A DNA stretch of 64,000 nt from Octopus sinensis (GCF_006345805.1 NC_042997.1:189100001-189164000), one strand, 5' to 3'. Shown: positions 51,171-64,000, counted from the first letter of the stretch. Program-made: numbers and translations. Notes: generated by a model from the sequence alone, not told the origin.

Positions 51171-51173
<3 letters not shown>
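50973..51173 (-). mobile_element. ~200-bp Penelope/retrozyme-like mini-element carrying a minimal hammerhead
   Basis: Reverse complement is colinear with 58470-58680; flanked by TA/CATA microsatellites. Confidence 0.65.
51071..51107 (-). ncRNA. Minimal type-I hammerhead ribozyme motif
   Basis: Minus strand: t-attt CTGAAGA a gagc-ttt-gctc GAAA cg T T aaat-c. Core CUGANGA/GAAA, stem II 4 bp, stem I attt/aaat, GUU cleavage triplet. Confidence 0.75.
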
Positions 51174-51213
<40 letters not shown>

Positions 51214-51708
51214 AAAATAAGAAGACGAAGAAAGAGTTTGACACATCTTTATTACTTTATTACTTGTTACAAACGTTTCAGTGACACTCAGTTTTTAATG
51301 CAATTGCACGAGGATTTCATGCAAAAAGTTATATAATATTTGCAGTCCTTTTTTTTTTACATTCGAGTGGCACTTGCATCGAAAGGTGCTCTTACATTGT
51401 GCAATGGTCTAGCGTTGTACGTTGCCTATCTAGAGAAGAATAAAAAGGATGAAATAGCGAAGAGACAATAAGTAGACGATATTAATACTAAGTATGATAA
51501 AGAAGAATAAGAATAGAGAGAGTGAGAAGGGGGAAAAAAAGGAAGGAAAAGATAAGGATGATGATGAAGATGATTATGATGACAACAAAGAAGAAGATGA
51601 AGAGGAAGAGCATTAGGTGTGCAGCAGGCTGTAATGATAAATTTAATAAGAAACTACTACACCAGCAACAAAACAATAAACCAGTAAGAATAAGAATCTC
51701 TCATGCCC

Positions 51709-51790
<82 letters not shown>

Positions 51791-51814
51791 ACTCTCTTTT
51801 ATCCTGTAAATCGT

Positions 51815-51858
<44 letters not shown>

Positions 51859-52514
51859 AGAGAGCACTTTGTTCTCATGCATTTATTTTCTCCCTGCCTG
51901 AGGTTACCGTGGTCTTTTCTGAAGTCTTTTCTTCCCACGGATGAACCTGATCTTGTTTCTTATTAAAAAAAAAAATTGCTTCTGTGATACACGATCCCTA
52001 TTGATCGCCTTTTTTTCTTCCTGATCCCTTTTGATCGAAATTTTACATTTGTTTCCTTTTTTGTTCCTTTTTTTCTTTTTCCATCACCGAAAAGAAAAGC
52101 TCTATATTTGTATTCAACCCTGTGTGGTCAATAAAGAAAGTTATCTATCTATCTATCTTTTTTTTTATTCTTTTTATTTTTTATTTTATTTTATTACTTT
52201 TTTTTTGTTTTTTGTTCTTTTCTTCCCTTTTACGATCCCTCTTGATCGAAAACCTACGCCACTCCCTTTTTTTTTCTTTTTCTTTTGTTTTTTGTTTTTT
52301 TCATCCCCCAAAAGAAAAGCTCTACCTTGTAACTTGTCCCATCTGTGTGCAGCCCTGTGTGGCCAATAAAGAAACTTATCTATCTATCTATCTATCTATA
52401 TAATTGTAGTTGTTGATTCTGTTAGAAAGTGAAGGAAACCACAATTAAACTCCGATACTTACTACTACTACTACTACTACCACCACCACCACCACCACCA
52501 CCACCACAACCACA

Positions 52515-52569
<55 letters not shown>

Positions 52570-53235
52570 AATTAAGAATGATGTTGCTTTTGGGAAATGC
52601 AATCATCTCACATATTCCTGTTGCCTGTAAATAAGCAGTTATATGCTCAGTGAAAATAAATCATCATTATTTTAAAATGATAATAGCTTTCATCGTACCT
52701 GCCAATAAAAATAATATTCGTCGTTGACTAATATTTTTACTGTCTCATTCGCCAGCATACATTATTTTTAGTCATCCTTTTGAAGCTCTCCACATTAAAA
52801 ATTTTAGTGCTAACTTAACTATTGCGTTTCACGCAGATGGTGTCTCTGAATCATTTATTCTCTAAATAATTCTGTTATCCTACGCCACCATACATACATA
52901 CATACATACACAGACACAGACTCCGAGACGCAAGCAAATGTTTAAACTGAAGGCCGATGTGCTGGTAGTGGAATACTTACTATTATTAATGAGTTGAGAG
53001 ATACATCAAGAGTATCGTTTCTTATATCAAAAAGAATTAAATGCGCTGTGGAAAGCACGAAGTAAATGTTTCATGGTTAAGAAATGATTTGTGAGAATTC
53101 TCTAACAGCATTCACAGACGCCTAGGATTGCTATTTTCTGGAACGTTCTTATGTTTATCTTTGTACGTAAGCTGAACCAGTTAGTTGCACGCTATTTCCA
53201 CGTTTGTCACGAAAATTAATGTCTGAATTATTGTG

Positions 53236-53690
53236 ATGCGAGCTGTGTGGGAACCGGCATATCAAAGAATAGACCCAGCCTTTCCTTCGCGTGCTGTAAA
53301 AGGCGACTAAAAAACACCGAGGTAGGATTTGCACTTCGACCTCGTAAAATCATCCTCGTCGTCAGCGACTATCCAGACAGACCCATGGGTTGGAGGATTG
53401 TCGCCTGAGTGATGCAAAGGTGCCACCCGCCAGGACTTGGGAATCGCCGGCAAATGGTGGATGCAGCGACGCGCTGTAACAGCGCATGCTTTCATACCTA
53501 ACCTGACCTATTGTGATGGACTGTCTGTAACCCCACAGGGTTTTTGAATTGTGACTTTCTCAGACAAGTGCCGTAAAAGGCGACTAAAGAAGACCGAGGT
53601 AGGATTTGCACTTCGACCTCGTAAAATCCTCGCTGTCGGCGACTATCCAGACAGACCCATAGGTTGGAGGATTATTTTCAGAGTGCAGGT
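53236..53690. repeat. GC-rich structured repeat with a partial tandem duplication (53291-53399 / 53568-53673)
   Basis: gtaaaaggcgactaaa...gaggtaggatttgcacttcgacctcgtaaaat...gactatccagacagaccca..ggttggaggatt occurs twice, 277 bp apart. Confidence 0.85.
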
Positions 53691-54730
53691 ACTAGCTTAG
53701 AGATTACTGCGTTCAGCTAATAATTATAACGGTGTGAGTTCAATTTCTGGAACGGGCAGTGCGTTGTGTCTTTGAGTAAGGCACTTCATTTTACTTGATC
53801 TAATCTATTGAGTTGAAAATAAGTACCAGCCAATTGCTGGTGCAAGCATCCCATGGTCTAGGTGTCACATTCCTAGATATGCCACCGAGTCAAAGGCGAG
53901 AGGTCCGAGAGAGTGTTTATGTATGTTCGTGATTACATAGGCACCTAAAATAATTAGTGAAAACTCAGCACCTGTTATCAAGCCATACTCACTCGCGAGT
54001 GATGACCGGCTATACTTTGCTTTCAAGAATAGAACTAGATGTCCAAATGTATATTAAGTTGTATTACTACACTGGGAGCTGAAGTATATTTTAGGGGAAG
54101 TGATGTTGAACAACTCAAATCAATATGGTACATTGTTCCAGAATTTGTACAACATAAGCAATATTTACCGTATTTATTTTAAGAATTATACGTATTCTTC
54201 TTAATATGTCTAGTGAATACAATTCCGTCGAGGTCGACTTTGTCTTTTATCCTTTCGGGGTTAATAAAATAAGCATCATTTGAGCACTGGGTTCGGTGTA
54301 ACCGACTTATCTCTTACCCCAAAATTGCTGGCCTTGTGCCAAAATGTAAAATCAATGTATCTAGTGGCTATGAACTGTTCCCATTCAGGGTAGATTTGTC
54401 CACCAAAATCAGACTCAATAAAAAGCAAAAACTTACTGTGTGAGACATTCATTCACGAGGGAACTCGACTTGTAAGGGATCCACTATTGTTGCGATCAAA
54501 TGTTTTGTTTTCGTAGACACATTGTATCTTGACAGTAGATTGAGACTTGGAAGAAATTTGGCTGTTATTTCTAACAAGTCGAAATATACATAGATATTCT
54601 ATTGTTGACTTCTGCCTGTTCATGGTTGTTCCCTATGATCGTTAAAGGTGTCATTAGAATGTTCGTTTTTAGCTTTATATTAATTTTGAATTTCACGCCT
54701 TTGAAATACAAGCAAATTTGTAGCGATACC

Positions 54731-54963
54731 TATTTCTTTATTACCCACAAGGGACTAAACATAGAGGGGACAAACAAGGACAGGCACAGGTATTAAGTCG
54801 ATTACATCGACCCCAGTGCGTAACTAGTACTTAATTTATTGACCCCAAAAGGATGAAAGGCAAAGTCGACCTCGGCGGAATTTGAACTAACAACGTAACG
54901 ACCGACGAAATACGGCTACGCATTTCGCCCGGCGTGCTAACGTTTCTGCCAGCTCGCCGCCTT
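54731..54963 (-). mobile_element. SINE F1 monomer with a ~14-bp TSD
   Basis: Flanks tttgtagcgatacc / tttgtagcaatacc. Confidence 0.88.
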
Positions 54964-55689
54964 TTTGTAGCAATACCGATTTACCATCGTATAATCCTAA
55001 CTAACAAGAGTTAACTATTATCTAGGTTATCCACTGTTCCGTCTTACAGCAGTACTTGCATCCATTGTGGTCCTCCATACATCTTGCTAATTCACCAGTA
55101 GATTCCGCTCTTACATCTTTCTTTACTATGGGCACTTGTAGAGTAACCTTTTCTTTTAATACTCATGTATAGGCTTCCATATCAAAAGCTTATAACTTTA
55201 CTTGATCCCGAAAGAAGGGGTAGCGGATCAATCATTTTCTACTTTATCTCTAGTGTTCTCAATTGTTTTTGTTTTGTAAACCAACTCACTGTTATTGCTG
55301 TTATTTTTATTGCACGACTTCGTTGCATAATCGAGAGCAGCTTTGTATGGTTTGGGTTTGTCCAGTGTTTTGTTTTGATTTTGTGTTTTATATTGTATTT
55401 AAAGTATTCTATGTAACATGTTAGTTTCTCTACTTTGTGTATACTTGTCAATCCTGGATTTTGGTTATGTAGTCGTCTGCGTCAATTTTAATCGCTCCAA
55501 AACTCCCTCCTATGATTGAAGTTGTTTGTAATTTAGTCCCCACATTATCGTTATCTCTATTCTTGTATATTTGGATAATTTCTTTTCCTGATACATCTGC
55601 TGAGACTGATACTTCCATCACTTACTTTCATAATAGTCCTTTAGAACAACAACAACAACAACAAAAAAAGACCCTGAGAACAACAAACT

Positions 55690-56140
55690 ATTGTCACTAT
55701 TTCAAACTTAGATAATTTCCTGTCTGTAAAATCCCTAACTCTATCATGCCTATATAAAGGGATTCAGGCAGGGCAGGCAGAAACAACGCGTTTGATTGTC
55801 TCTTCAAAACACCCAGACATTCTCCGGTTACTTTTGCATTCTAATTTTGGTGGTTTCTGTTGGAGAGGTTTTGGTATTGTATTGCAATAAAAAAATCATT
55901 TGGTTTCTGCATTGACTCCTACACTCCTCATCAGACTGCTGAGATTTTTCTTTACTGATTTCTCTTTTAGACTATCTTGTCAAGTATTGGCCGTGTAGAG
56001 GCTTTTTCTTGCCATCGCTTTTGTATAACACTTTGTAATTCCATTATCACCCCAGTTTTCAGTCTTTTCAACAATTTCTGTTGTTTTCCTCTCTGTCATC
56101 TGCTGTTCTAATCACAGTCTTTTTATTTGTTGCCTTCTTT
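55690..56140 (-). mobile_element. Degenerate R4/Dong-like (restriction-like endonuclease clade) non-LTR retrotransposon fragment
   Basis: Minus-strand translation with frameshifts: KRWQEKSLHGQYL...EETIKRVVS...RHDRV, resembling the W.EK.LHGQY and CCHC-RHD region upstream of RLE domains. Confidence 0.55.
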
Positions 56141-56194
56141 GAAAATATATAATAATCTTTTGTTTTATTATTATTATTTTTTTTTATAGTTAGT

Positions 56195-57230
56195 TGCTCC
56201 CGTTAGCACGCCGGGCGAAATGTTTAGCGATATTTCGTCTGCCGCTACGTTCTGAGTTCAAATTCTGCCGAGGTCGACTTTGCCTTTCATCCTTTCGGGG
56301 TCGATTAAATAAGTACCAGTTACGCACTGGGGTCGATGTAATTGACTTAATCCGTTTGTCCCCTCTGTGTTTAGCTCCTTGTGGGTAGTAAAGAAATAGG
56401 TATTTCGTCTGCTGCTATGTTCTGAGTTCAAATTCCGCCGAGGTCGACTTTGCCTTTCATCCTTTCGGGGTCGATAAATTAAGTACCAGTTGCGTACTGG
56501 GATCGATCTAATCGACTGGGCCCCTCCCCAAAAAACTTCTGGCCCTGTGCCTAGAGTATAAAAGATACTTTTATAGTCTTAGAGTACTTTTTAGTTGCAG
56601 AAAAGCCTCACCCCTCTGTATTCAATGTAACAATAAATGTTTTGTTTTGGATATTGGGTATATTCTAAATGATGTTGCTTTCTTGTTTTCCTGCTTATTT
56701 TTGCTAATTCACTAAGCTTCTATTATAATTATAGCTTATTACTGAATGTTATATTGTATCGATGTCTATTACCTTAATTTTTTCATTTAGCTCTGTTTCA
56801 CCTATAAAAAGGCGGCGAGCTGGCAGAATCGTTAGCACAACGGGCGAATTGCTTAGCGGTATTTCGTCTGTCGCCACGTTTTGAGTTCAAATTCCGCCGA
56901 GGTTGACTTTGCCTTTCATCCTTTCGGGGTCGATTAAATAAGTACCAGTTACGCACTGGGGTCGATATAATCGACTTAATCCGTTTGTCTGTTCATGTTT
57001 GTCCCGTCTGTGTTTAGCCCCTTGTGGGCAATAAAGAAATAAGAATTGTTAGCACACCGGACGAAATGCTTTGCGACATTTCGCCCGCCATAACGTTCTG
57101 AGTTCAAATTCCGCCGTGATCGAGTTTGCCTTTCATCCTTTCGGGATTGATAAAAATAGTACCCGTTGAGCACTGGGGTTGATGCAATGAACTTCCCTCT
57201 TCCTCCTAACTTGTACCAAAATCTGAAACC
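56195..57230 (+). mobile_element. Two SINE F1 dimers (~56195-56560 and ~56810-57230)
   Basis: Junctions gtaaagaaatag|gtatttcgtctg (~56395) and aaagaaataagaa|ttgttagcac (~57040). Confidence 0.85.
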
Positions 57231-57548
57231 AATATTATTCATTTAAAATATTCCCTCATAAAGTTTTCTTTCATGCTTGTGTGTTGTGTGTACTCTGTCT
57301 AGTTATTAATTCCCAAATATTTGTAATATGGTATCTGCCCAATATTCTTACTGTTGTTTCTTTAACATCATATTAGTGGAGTTTATTAGTGTGTTTCACT
57401 TTAAGATTGCATTATTGTATTTTTCTTAGTTTCATATAAATTTCTCTAGAAAATTCCATGTACTGTCTGAAAAACGTGTTTTCCGTTGTTTAATATAAAC
57501 TGTGTATAGAAAATGTACCAGCTTCCATCAGTTACTAACACTCTACAA

Positions 57549-57767
57549 CAGTGCTTTTCAAACTTTGTGCTGGAGCGGAACCCCAAGGAAACATTCCACT
57601 GGCTCGGGGAACCCCTGTGCAATAATTTAATAGTCTTATGCACACATATCTGCACAGGAGACTTAAAAATTACTGCCGATTTTAGCAGTTTTGTAACTTC
57701 TTGCGGAACCCCTGGACTGTACTGGCGGAACCCTAAGTTTCCGCGGAACCCTGGTTGAAAAGCACTG
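57549..57767. mobile_element. hAT-superfamily MITE with an 8-bp TSD
   Basis: TIR cagtgcttttcaa / ttgaaaagcactg; TSD ctctacaa at 57541-57548 and 57768-57775; subterminal ggaaccc repeats. Confidence 0.92.
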
Positions 57768-58420
57768 CTCTACAAAATAGAGTTCCCTCATCTGAAACAG
57801 TGCTGCTGTTCCACACACAAACATTCTAAATTGCTTCCAGAGAAAAGTCATTCGACTGACTGACATGAAGTCACTCACAGATACGACCAAATTTCTGGCT
57901 CACAAGTGTGGTGTCCTTTCTCTATCTCCTGCTCTGCTTTTCTACTATTATACACAATGTACTTTGTTTTCCGGATCTGGTATCGTTCAACATCTATTTA
58001 GGCTCTTCCCATTTACTTATCTCTTCTCCTCTTTACAGCCACGTTGTGTCCAAGCACTAGCCCCCCCCCATCCCACTAACTATTGCGTCCATATCTTCCT
58101 TACCAGAATATCGGCCTTCTGCAGCTCCGTACCTACACATACGTTTCTTTCAGATGTCGACAACTAGCAATATTCTTAATGGTACATTAACGACATTAAT
58201 CTCCCTGGTTTCCGAGAAACAAAACAAATAAAATAGCAAAAATCCCATAAGACCACACAAACGCAAACATAGGCCCAGGCGTGGTGTGTAGTTGAGAAGC
58301 TTGCTTCCCAACCACGTACCCTTGGGCTCAGTCCCACTGCGCGGCATCTTGGCCAGGATCTTCTAATACAGCCCCGCATTGTGAGTGGATTTGTAGACGG
58401 AAACTGAAAGAAGCCCGTTG

Positions 58421-58458
<38 letters not shown>

Positions 58459-58469
58459 ATATATATCAA

Positions 58470-58680
58470 AATGTGACCGCGTGTGTACCGTTGGCGATTT
58501 TTTCTTCCTCCGTCTTCCCTTCTCTGGATCTTTCCTTTTCCTATGTTTCTGACGAAGAGTTCCGCTCGAAACGTAAAACCCTCCTTCTTCCCTTCCTTCC
58601 TGAGCGTCCAATAATACTATATTTGTTCTACGTCCTCGCGTTGTTGTGTTTTATCTTGGTGCTTTCATGTTTGGATTAAC
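58470..58680 (+). mobile_element. ~210-bp Penelope/retrozyme-like mini-element carrying a minimal hammerhead
   Basis: Flanked on both sides by (TA)n; homologous to 50973-51173(-). Confidence 0.65.
58544..58580 (+). ncRNA. Minimal type-I hammerhead ribozyme motif
   Basis: t-gttt CTGACGA a gagt-tcc-gctc GAAA cg T A aaac-c; predicted cleavage after GUA at 58575. Confidence 0.75.
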
Positions 58681-58717
58681 TATATATATATATATATATA
58701 TACACAAAAATACAATA

Positions 58718-58833
<116 letters not shown>

Positions 58834-58957
58834 GGAGGGAGAGAGAGAGGGAGGGAGGGAGGGAGAGAGAGAGAGATAAGAAAAGAAATGGAACAACAAT
58901 TAACAATTAGAAGTTGATCATTGGTATTAAAAGGTATAGTTTAATTGTAGCTAAAAA

Positions 58958-59037
58958 CATTTACAGCTGTTTCAGTTTGTTATTTTTGAAGTAAATTTGC
59001 ATTTATCTCGAACCATATAACAAACATCGTCAGAATG
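58958..59037 (-). ncRNA. Type-I hammerhead ribozyme motif with a long stem II
   Basis: Minus strand: catt CTGACGA t gtttgttat-(33 nt)-ataacaaac t GAAA cagctg T A aatg. Stem I catt/aatg, a 9-bp stem II and a palindromic ACAGCTGT stem III. Confidence 0.75.
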
Positions 59038-59834
59038 ATTTAGAGTTTATCGGAGGAATATAGACAGGAGAAAAAGGTAAAAGGAAAAGAAAAAGGAAAA
59101 ATGTTCGTTAAGCGCTTAGGCTTATATTTTTGTGTCCTTCAAGGTTCCACGTGTGTCTACATTTCTTCAGTTAGATGAATGGAGCAATAAGTGGGGAAAA
59201 TGTCTAGTTGACCGGCGATGTTAGTCGAAAGAGTTATACCTGTTAGTAATATCGGTGTCGTTAATTGTGATAAATAACGGTGTTTCCTCACACGTGATCA
59301 GCGGCTATCGTTCTTTTTTCCTCTCGCTTCACAAGAGATAAGACCTACTTTTGCCTGTCTCTTGTCATAGCTCCTTTCTCCAGCGTTCACCACTTCACCT
59401 CGTTATGGCTTAATAGCCCTCACCGTTTGTGTTTTACTGTTTTGTCCTTACTGTCTTGTTTTTTTGCTACCACTTTAACCCTCCGCAAAAATTCCAGATT
59501 TTATTTAATTTGCTCTGCGGGAAGGACTCTTTTAACGAAGTTACGTCTTGTCCCTACCATCGGAACGCGGAGTAGGTAAAACAGGGAGCTACTGATGAAG
59601 GGTTTGTCCCTTAATGTTGCCTGTCTCGTTTCTCTATTTGTTTCTTTCGTTGTCCCCCAAAAGTTCGTTTTCCATGTTTTTGTTTTTTTATGTTCTCGTC
59701 TTTCATTTTGTTAACATTTTTTGACGTCCTGTACCCATATATGCATGTATATATACATATATATGTAGGTTTGTACATATATGAATGTATATATGCATAT
59801 ATATATATTATTGGTTTATATATATATATATATA

Positions 59835-60346
<512 letters not shown>

Positions 60347-60352
60347 ATATAC

Positions 60353-60393
<41 letters not shown>

Positions 60394-60748
60394 GCATAAA
60401 TCTTATTCGCAATGAAGAGCTGCTTTTTCAGCTGCTCTATCCTCAAAGCACCAAACTTAACATACCGACAGCTGGAAGACATTATATTTTCTTCTGCTTT
60501 TGCACAATGCCTAAATATTTGTAAATTTTTTATTGTAATTTTATTATAAATTTTCTTCAACAGCGATACATAAATGGAATTAGAAAATTAAGTGTTCATG
60601 CATTTTGAAAGAAGTCTTTTATTGTGGCTTCCTTCCAAAACAGAGTCATCATGTGAGCGTTAATATGAAACTTGGGTCGTTGTTGGAAATAGAAAATTTT
60701 TTAGGAAAACTATAGTAATAAACTTCGCATAAAATATATTGTACTTCT

Positions 60749-60789
<41 letters not shown>

Positions 60790-61155
60790 TTATATAATCA
60801 ACTGAAGCGCAGAAGCAGAAATAATTTCGATGTTTCGTCATCCATGATTCAGCTTTTTGTCAGATTTGCAGAAGAACACAAACAATCGAATTTGAAAATA
60901 TGTGCTTGTTTATTTATTTACTTATACTGTATTATATTTCTGTGTTGGAATTGTCGTTGAGTAATATAATTGTTGATTACATGTTTCCAACAGGCCAGTC
61001 ATTGGTTCTCTACAATCATGACGGTGAGAGTGACACTGGAAAGTACAATATTGTGATAATCTCTCAAAAATGCACTAGGCTTTCGGTTTTCTCGCCGATG
61101 TCTACGTCCTCCGTCGATATGCGCTAACATCTATCCATCCAGGTTTTCACAGTTT

Positions 61156-61638
61156 ATTATTTCTTTACTGCTCACAAGGGGCTACACACATAGAAGACAA
61201 ATAAGGACAGACAAACGAAATACTTATTTCGTTACTACCCACAAGGGGCTAAACAAAGAGAGGACAAACAAGGACAGATACACGTATTAAGTCGATTACA
61301 TCGACCCCAGTGCGTAACTGATACTTATTTAATCGACCCCGAAAGGATGAAAGGCAAAGTCGACCTCGGCGGAATTTGAACTCAGAACGTAACGGCAAAC
61401 GCAATGCTTATTTCTTTACTGCCCACAAGGGGCCAAACACAGAGGAGACAAACAAGGACAAACAGACGGATTAAGTCGATTATATCGACCCTAGTGCATA
61501 ACTGGTACTTAATTTATCGATCTCGAAAAGATGATAGGCAAAGTCGACCTCGGCTGAATTTGAACTCAGAACGTAGCGGCAGACGAAATACGACTACGCA
61601 TTTCGCCCGGCGTGCTAACGTTTCTGCCAGCTCGCCGC
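61156..61638 (-). mobile_element. SINE F1 trimer with a single 13-bp TSD
   Basis: TSD gttttcacagttt at 61143-61155 and 61639-61651. Confidence 0.88.
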
Positions 61639-62319
61639 GTTTTCACAGTTTCTGTCCATCAAACCTAATTCATAATGCAAATTTGAGACCATAATTAAAG
61701 GCACTTATCCACATTCCCACAAAATCGGATCGATCTGAGAACCACGAGGTTGTGGAACAAATATTTTAACAACACGGCTATGTTTAATTTTTCTAACTGC
61801 TTCTGTATTGATTTAATGATTAAATTTCTTTAAGAATAAATTTCTTCTGGATATTTATTAATATTTTTCTCTAATTAAAACGTAAAATCATTTAAATTCC
61901 ATTACTGATGTTTATATGTCTGGATAGAGCAATTTCAAGCTTGTTACGGCAAACAGCTTAAAATGGCTTCAAATTAATTAATCTTATTTGAAGCAAATTA
62001 CTAGAATTATTATAAAGTTAATCTAGCACCTTTTTACTTTAATATTTAAAAAAGAATCATGTTGAATACTGAATGTTGCTTTTATGAAATTAGCAGAAAG
62101 CACAAATCTACTTGGTTTCTCTAAGGAATTAAGAACTATATCAGTTTATTCTCGACATAATCTCCGCAGGCGTGGCTGTGTGGTAAGAAGTTTGCTTCGC
62201 AACTAAGTGGTCTTGGGTTCAGTTCCGCTACACGGCACCTTGAGCAAGTGTCTTCCACTGTAGCACCGGGCCGTTCCAAGAGTGGATTTGGTAATAGAAA
62301 CTGAAAGAAGCCCGTCGTA

Positions 62320-62421
<102 letters not shown>

Positions 62422-62796
62422 ACAAACCATTCCACGAAAAGTGATCACGCACTTCCTCGGCTCCCGGAGACAACCACGAAATTTATAGCTGCTGGTTGAC
62501 GATATACATATATTAAGAATTTGTATCATATTACTACAGGATTTACATTAAGTTCTAATGATTTACAAAGCATTTTAATTACTTTTATTTATTTGAAAAT
62601 TAACGAAGCAGCAACCACCAAGGAAAATGAAAGAAAAAAATATAAGTAAAACAAATTTTCCATATATCTCAATTTGATGATTTTTTTTTATTGGTGGAAA
62701 AAAGTTTATTTTTTATTTGGGCACACTACATTTTAATAACGAGTCCAATCAACGCCTTAGAAACCAAGAGACGGCAATTTTTCAATTTTTATAATG

Positions 62797-63220
62797 AAGT
62801 GGAGTGGCTGTGTGGTAAGTAGATTGCTTACGAACCACATAGTTCCGGGTTCAGTCCCATTGCGTGGCACCTTGGGCAAGTGTTTTCTACTCAAGCCTCG
62901 GGCCGACCAAAGCCTTGTGAGTGGATTTGGTAGACGGAAACTGAAAGAAGCTCGTCGTATATATGTATATATGTGTGTATGTGTGTATATGTGTGTATAT
63001 GTTTGTATGTCTCTGTTTGTCCTCCCCCACCACCAGCATCGTTTGAGAACCGATGGTGGTGTGTTTACGTCCTCATAACTTAGCGGTTCGGCAAAAGAGA
63101 CCGATAGAATAAGTGCTAGGCTTACAAAGAATAAGTCCTGGGGTCGATTTGCCCGACTAAAGGCGGTGCTCCAGCATGGCCGCAGTCAAATGACTGAAAC
63201 AAGTAAAAGAGTAGAAGAGT
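62797..63220 (+). mobile_element. Full-length SINE F2 (a 5' half copy also at ~62168-62320)
   Basis: Family signature. Confidence 0.88.
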
Positions 63221-63564
63221 GTTTCAAATTGACTGCCATACTTGGTTTAAAATTTAAGTCGTGTAAGATATGTTATAGTACTGCAAGAGAACATAATACA
63301 TTCACCCCACCCCCCACACGCGCACACACACGTAACCTTCGGCAATGCACAGCTCGAAACCACTTCCTTTTATTAAATAATTTTAAATGAGAACTATTTT
63401 TTGTTGAGTAATTCTTATTTTTACCTTTCGAGGTCGCATTAGTATTTTAATTGCATTTTACCAGCATCATTTCATCATTTACTGATGTAATCCATGGATC
63501 TCGAATACGTCATGTTGACTCTTAAACAAATACATGGTTTACCCCTAAATTTAACTATTTACCT

Positions 63565-63801
63565 ATTTCTTTACTACCCACAAGGGGCTAAACACAGAGG
63601 CGACAAACAAGGACAGACATAGGTATTAAGTCGATTACATTGACCCCAGTGCGTAACTGGTACTTATTTAATTGACCCCGAAAGGATGAAAGGCAAAGTC
63701 GACCTCGGCGGAATTTGAACTCAGAACGTAAAGGCAGACGAAATACTGCTACGGATTTCGCCCGGCGTGCTAACGATTCTACCAGCTCGCAGCCTTAACT
63801 T
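63565..63801 (-). mobile_element. SINE F1 monomer with a 17-bp TSD
   Basis: TSD aatttaactatttacct at 63548-63564 and 63802-63818. Confidence 0.9.
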
Positions 63802-64000
63802 AATTTAACTATTTACCTCAGTATGAAACAACGAGGAAGCCTCTAAGTCCTTCGACTTGTTAGAAGTAACTGCAAAAACTTCTTCAAACAATACCTTACC
63901 TTTTTAAAAAGGAAACGTCACATTGAACAATATAGTTCGAGATCTGTTACAAGAATGGTGTGCCGATCATAACTGAAATGTTTTTGATTATAAGGCTAGT

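Noticed and set aside
51985-52400. Degenerate ~250-bp direct repeat ending ccctgtgtgg(t/c)caataaagaaa(TATC)n
   Set aside because: It looks like two truncated LINE/SINE 3' ends with a poly(A) signal; it cannot be assigned and is not evidently novel.
55905-55945. Minus-strand CTGATGA...GAAA
   Set aside because: There is no stem II pairing, and it lies within the R4/Dong-like coding relic.

Overview
This is eukaryotic, AT-rich, repeat-dense animal DNA. It is most likely an octopus (coleoid cephalopod) genome; that is an inference from the tRNA-head/CORE-type SINE families and the extreme microsatellite load. Positions 1 to ~35.4 kb hold the 3' end of a + strand SEC16 (SEC16A-like, ER exit-site/COPII scaffold) gene. 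Seven phase-compatible GT-AG coding exons (812-910, 2027-2132, 7353-7418, 17314-17442, 19736-19815, 20610-20675, 33324-33473) splice into one open frame ending ...RLSQRRIYPK*. None of these exons appears as such in the ORF track except the last. A ~1.9 kb putative 3' UTR follows, and two candidate alternative exons lie in the last intron. The remaining ~28 kb is intergenic. It contains SINEs (working labels F1-F6), MITEs (Tc2/pogo-like, hAT, piggyBac-like, foldback), Helitron-like elements, and LINE relics (RTE, CR1/L2, R4/Dong-like). A mariner relic and an L1/Tx1-like relic lie in introns. Highlights: (i) three apparently intact minimal type-I hammerhead ribozymes plus a decayed one, two of them in a ~210-bp (TA)n-embedded mini-element showing base-pair covariation; (ii) SINE trimers bracketed by a single target-site duplication, i.e. 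inserted as multimers with recurrent junctions; (iii) a sharp change in CpG decay and TE-family content at the gene's 3' end, consistent with a fossil of gene-body methylation; (iv) a SINE whose internal 61-bp unit has expanded into an A/B higher-order minisatellite. Almost all other ORFs in the track are repeat or microsatellite artefacts. All coordinates were read by eye, and TE family names are provisional without a Dfam/Repbase search.
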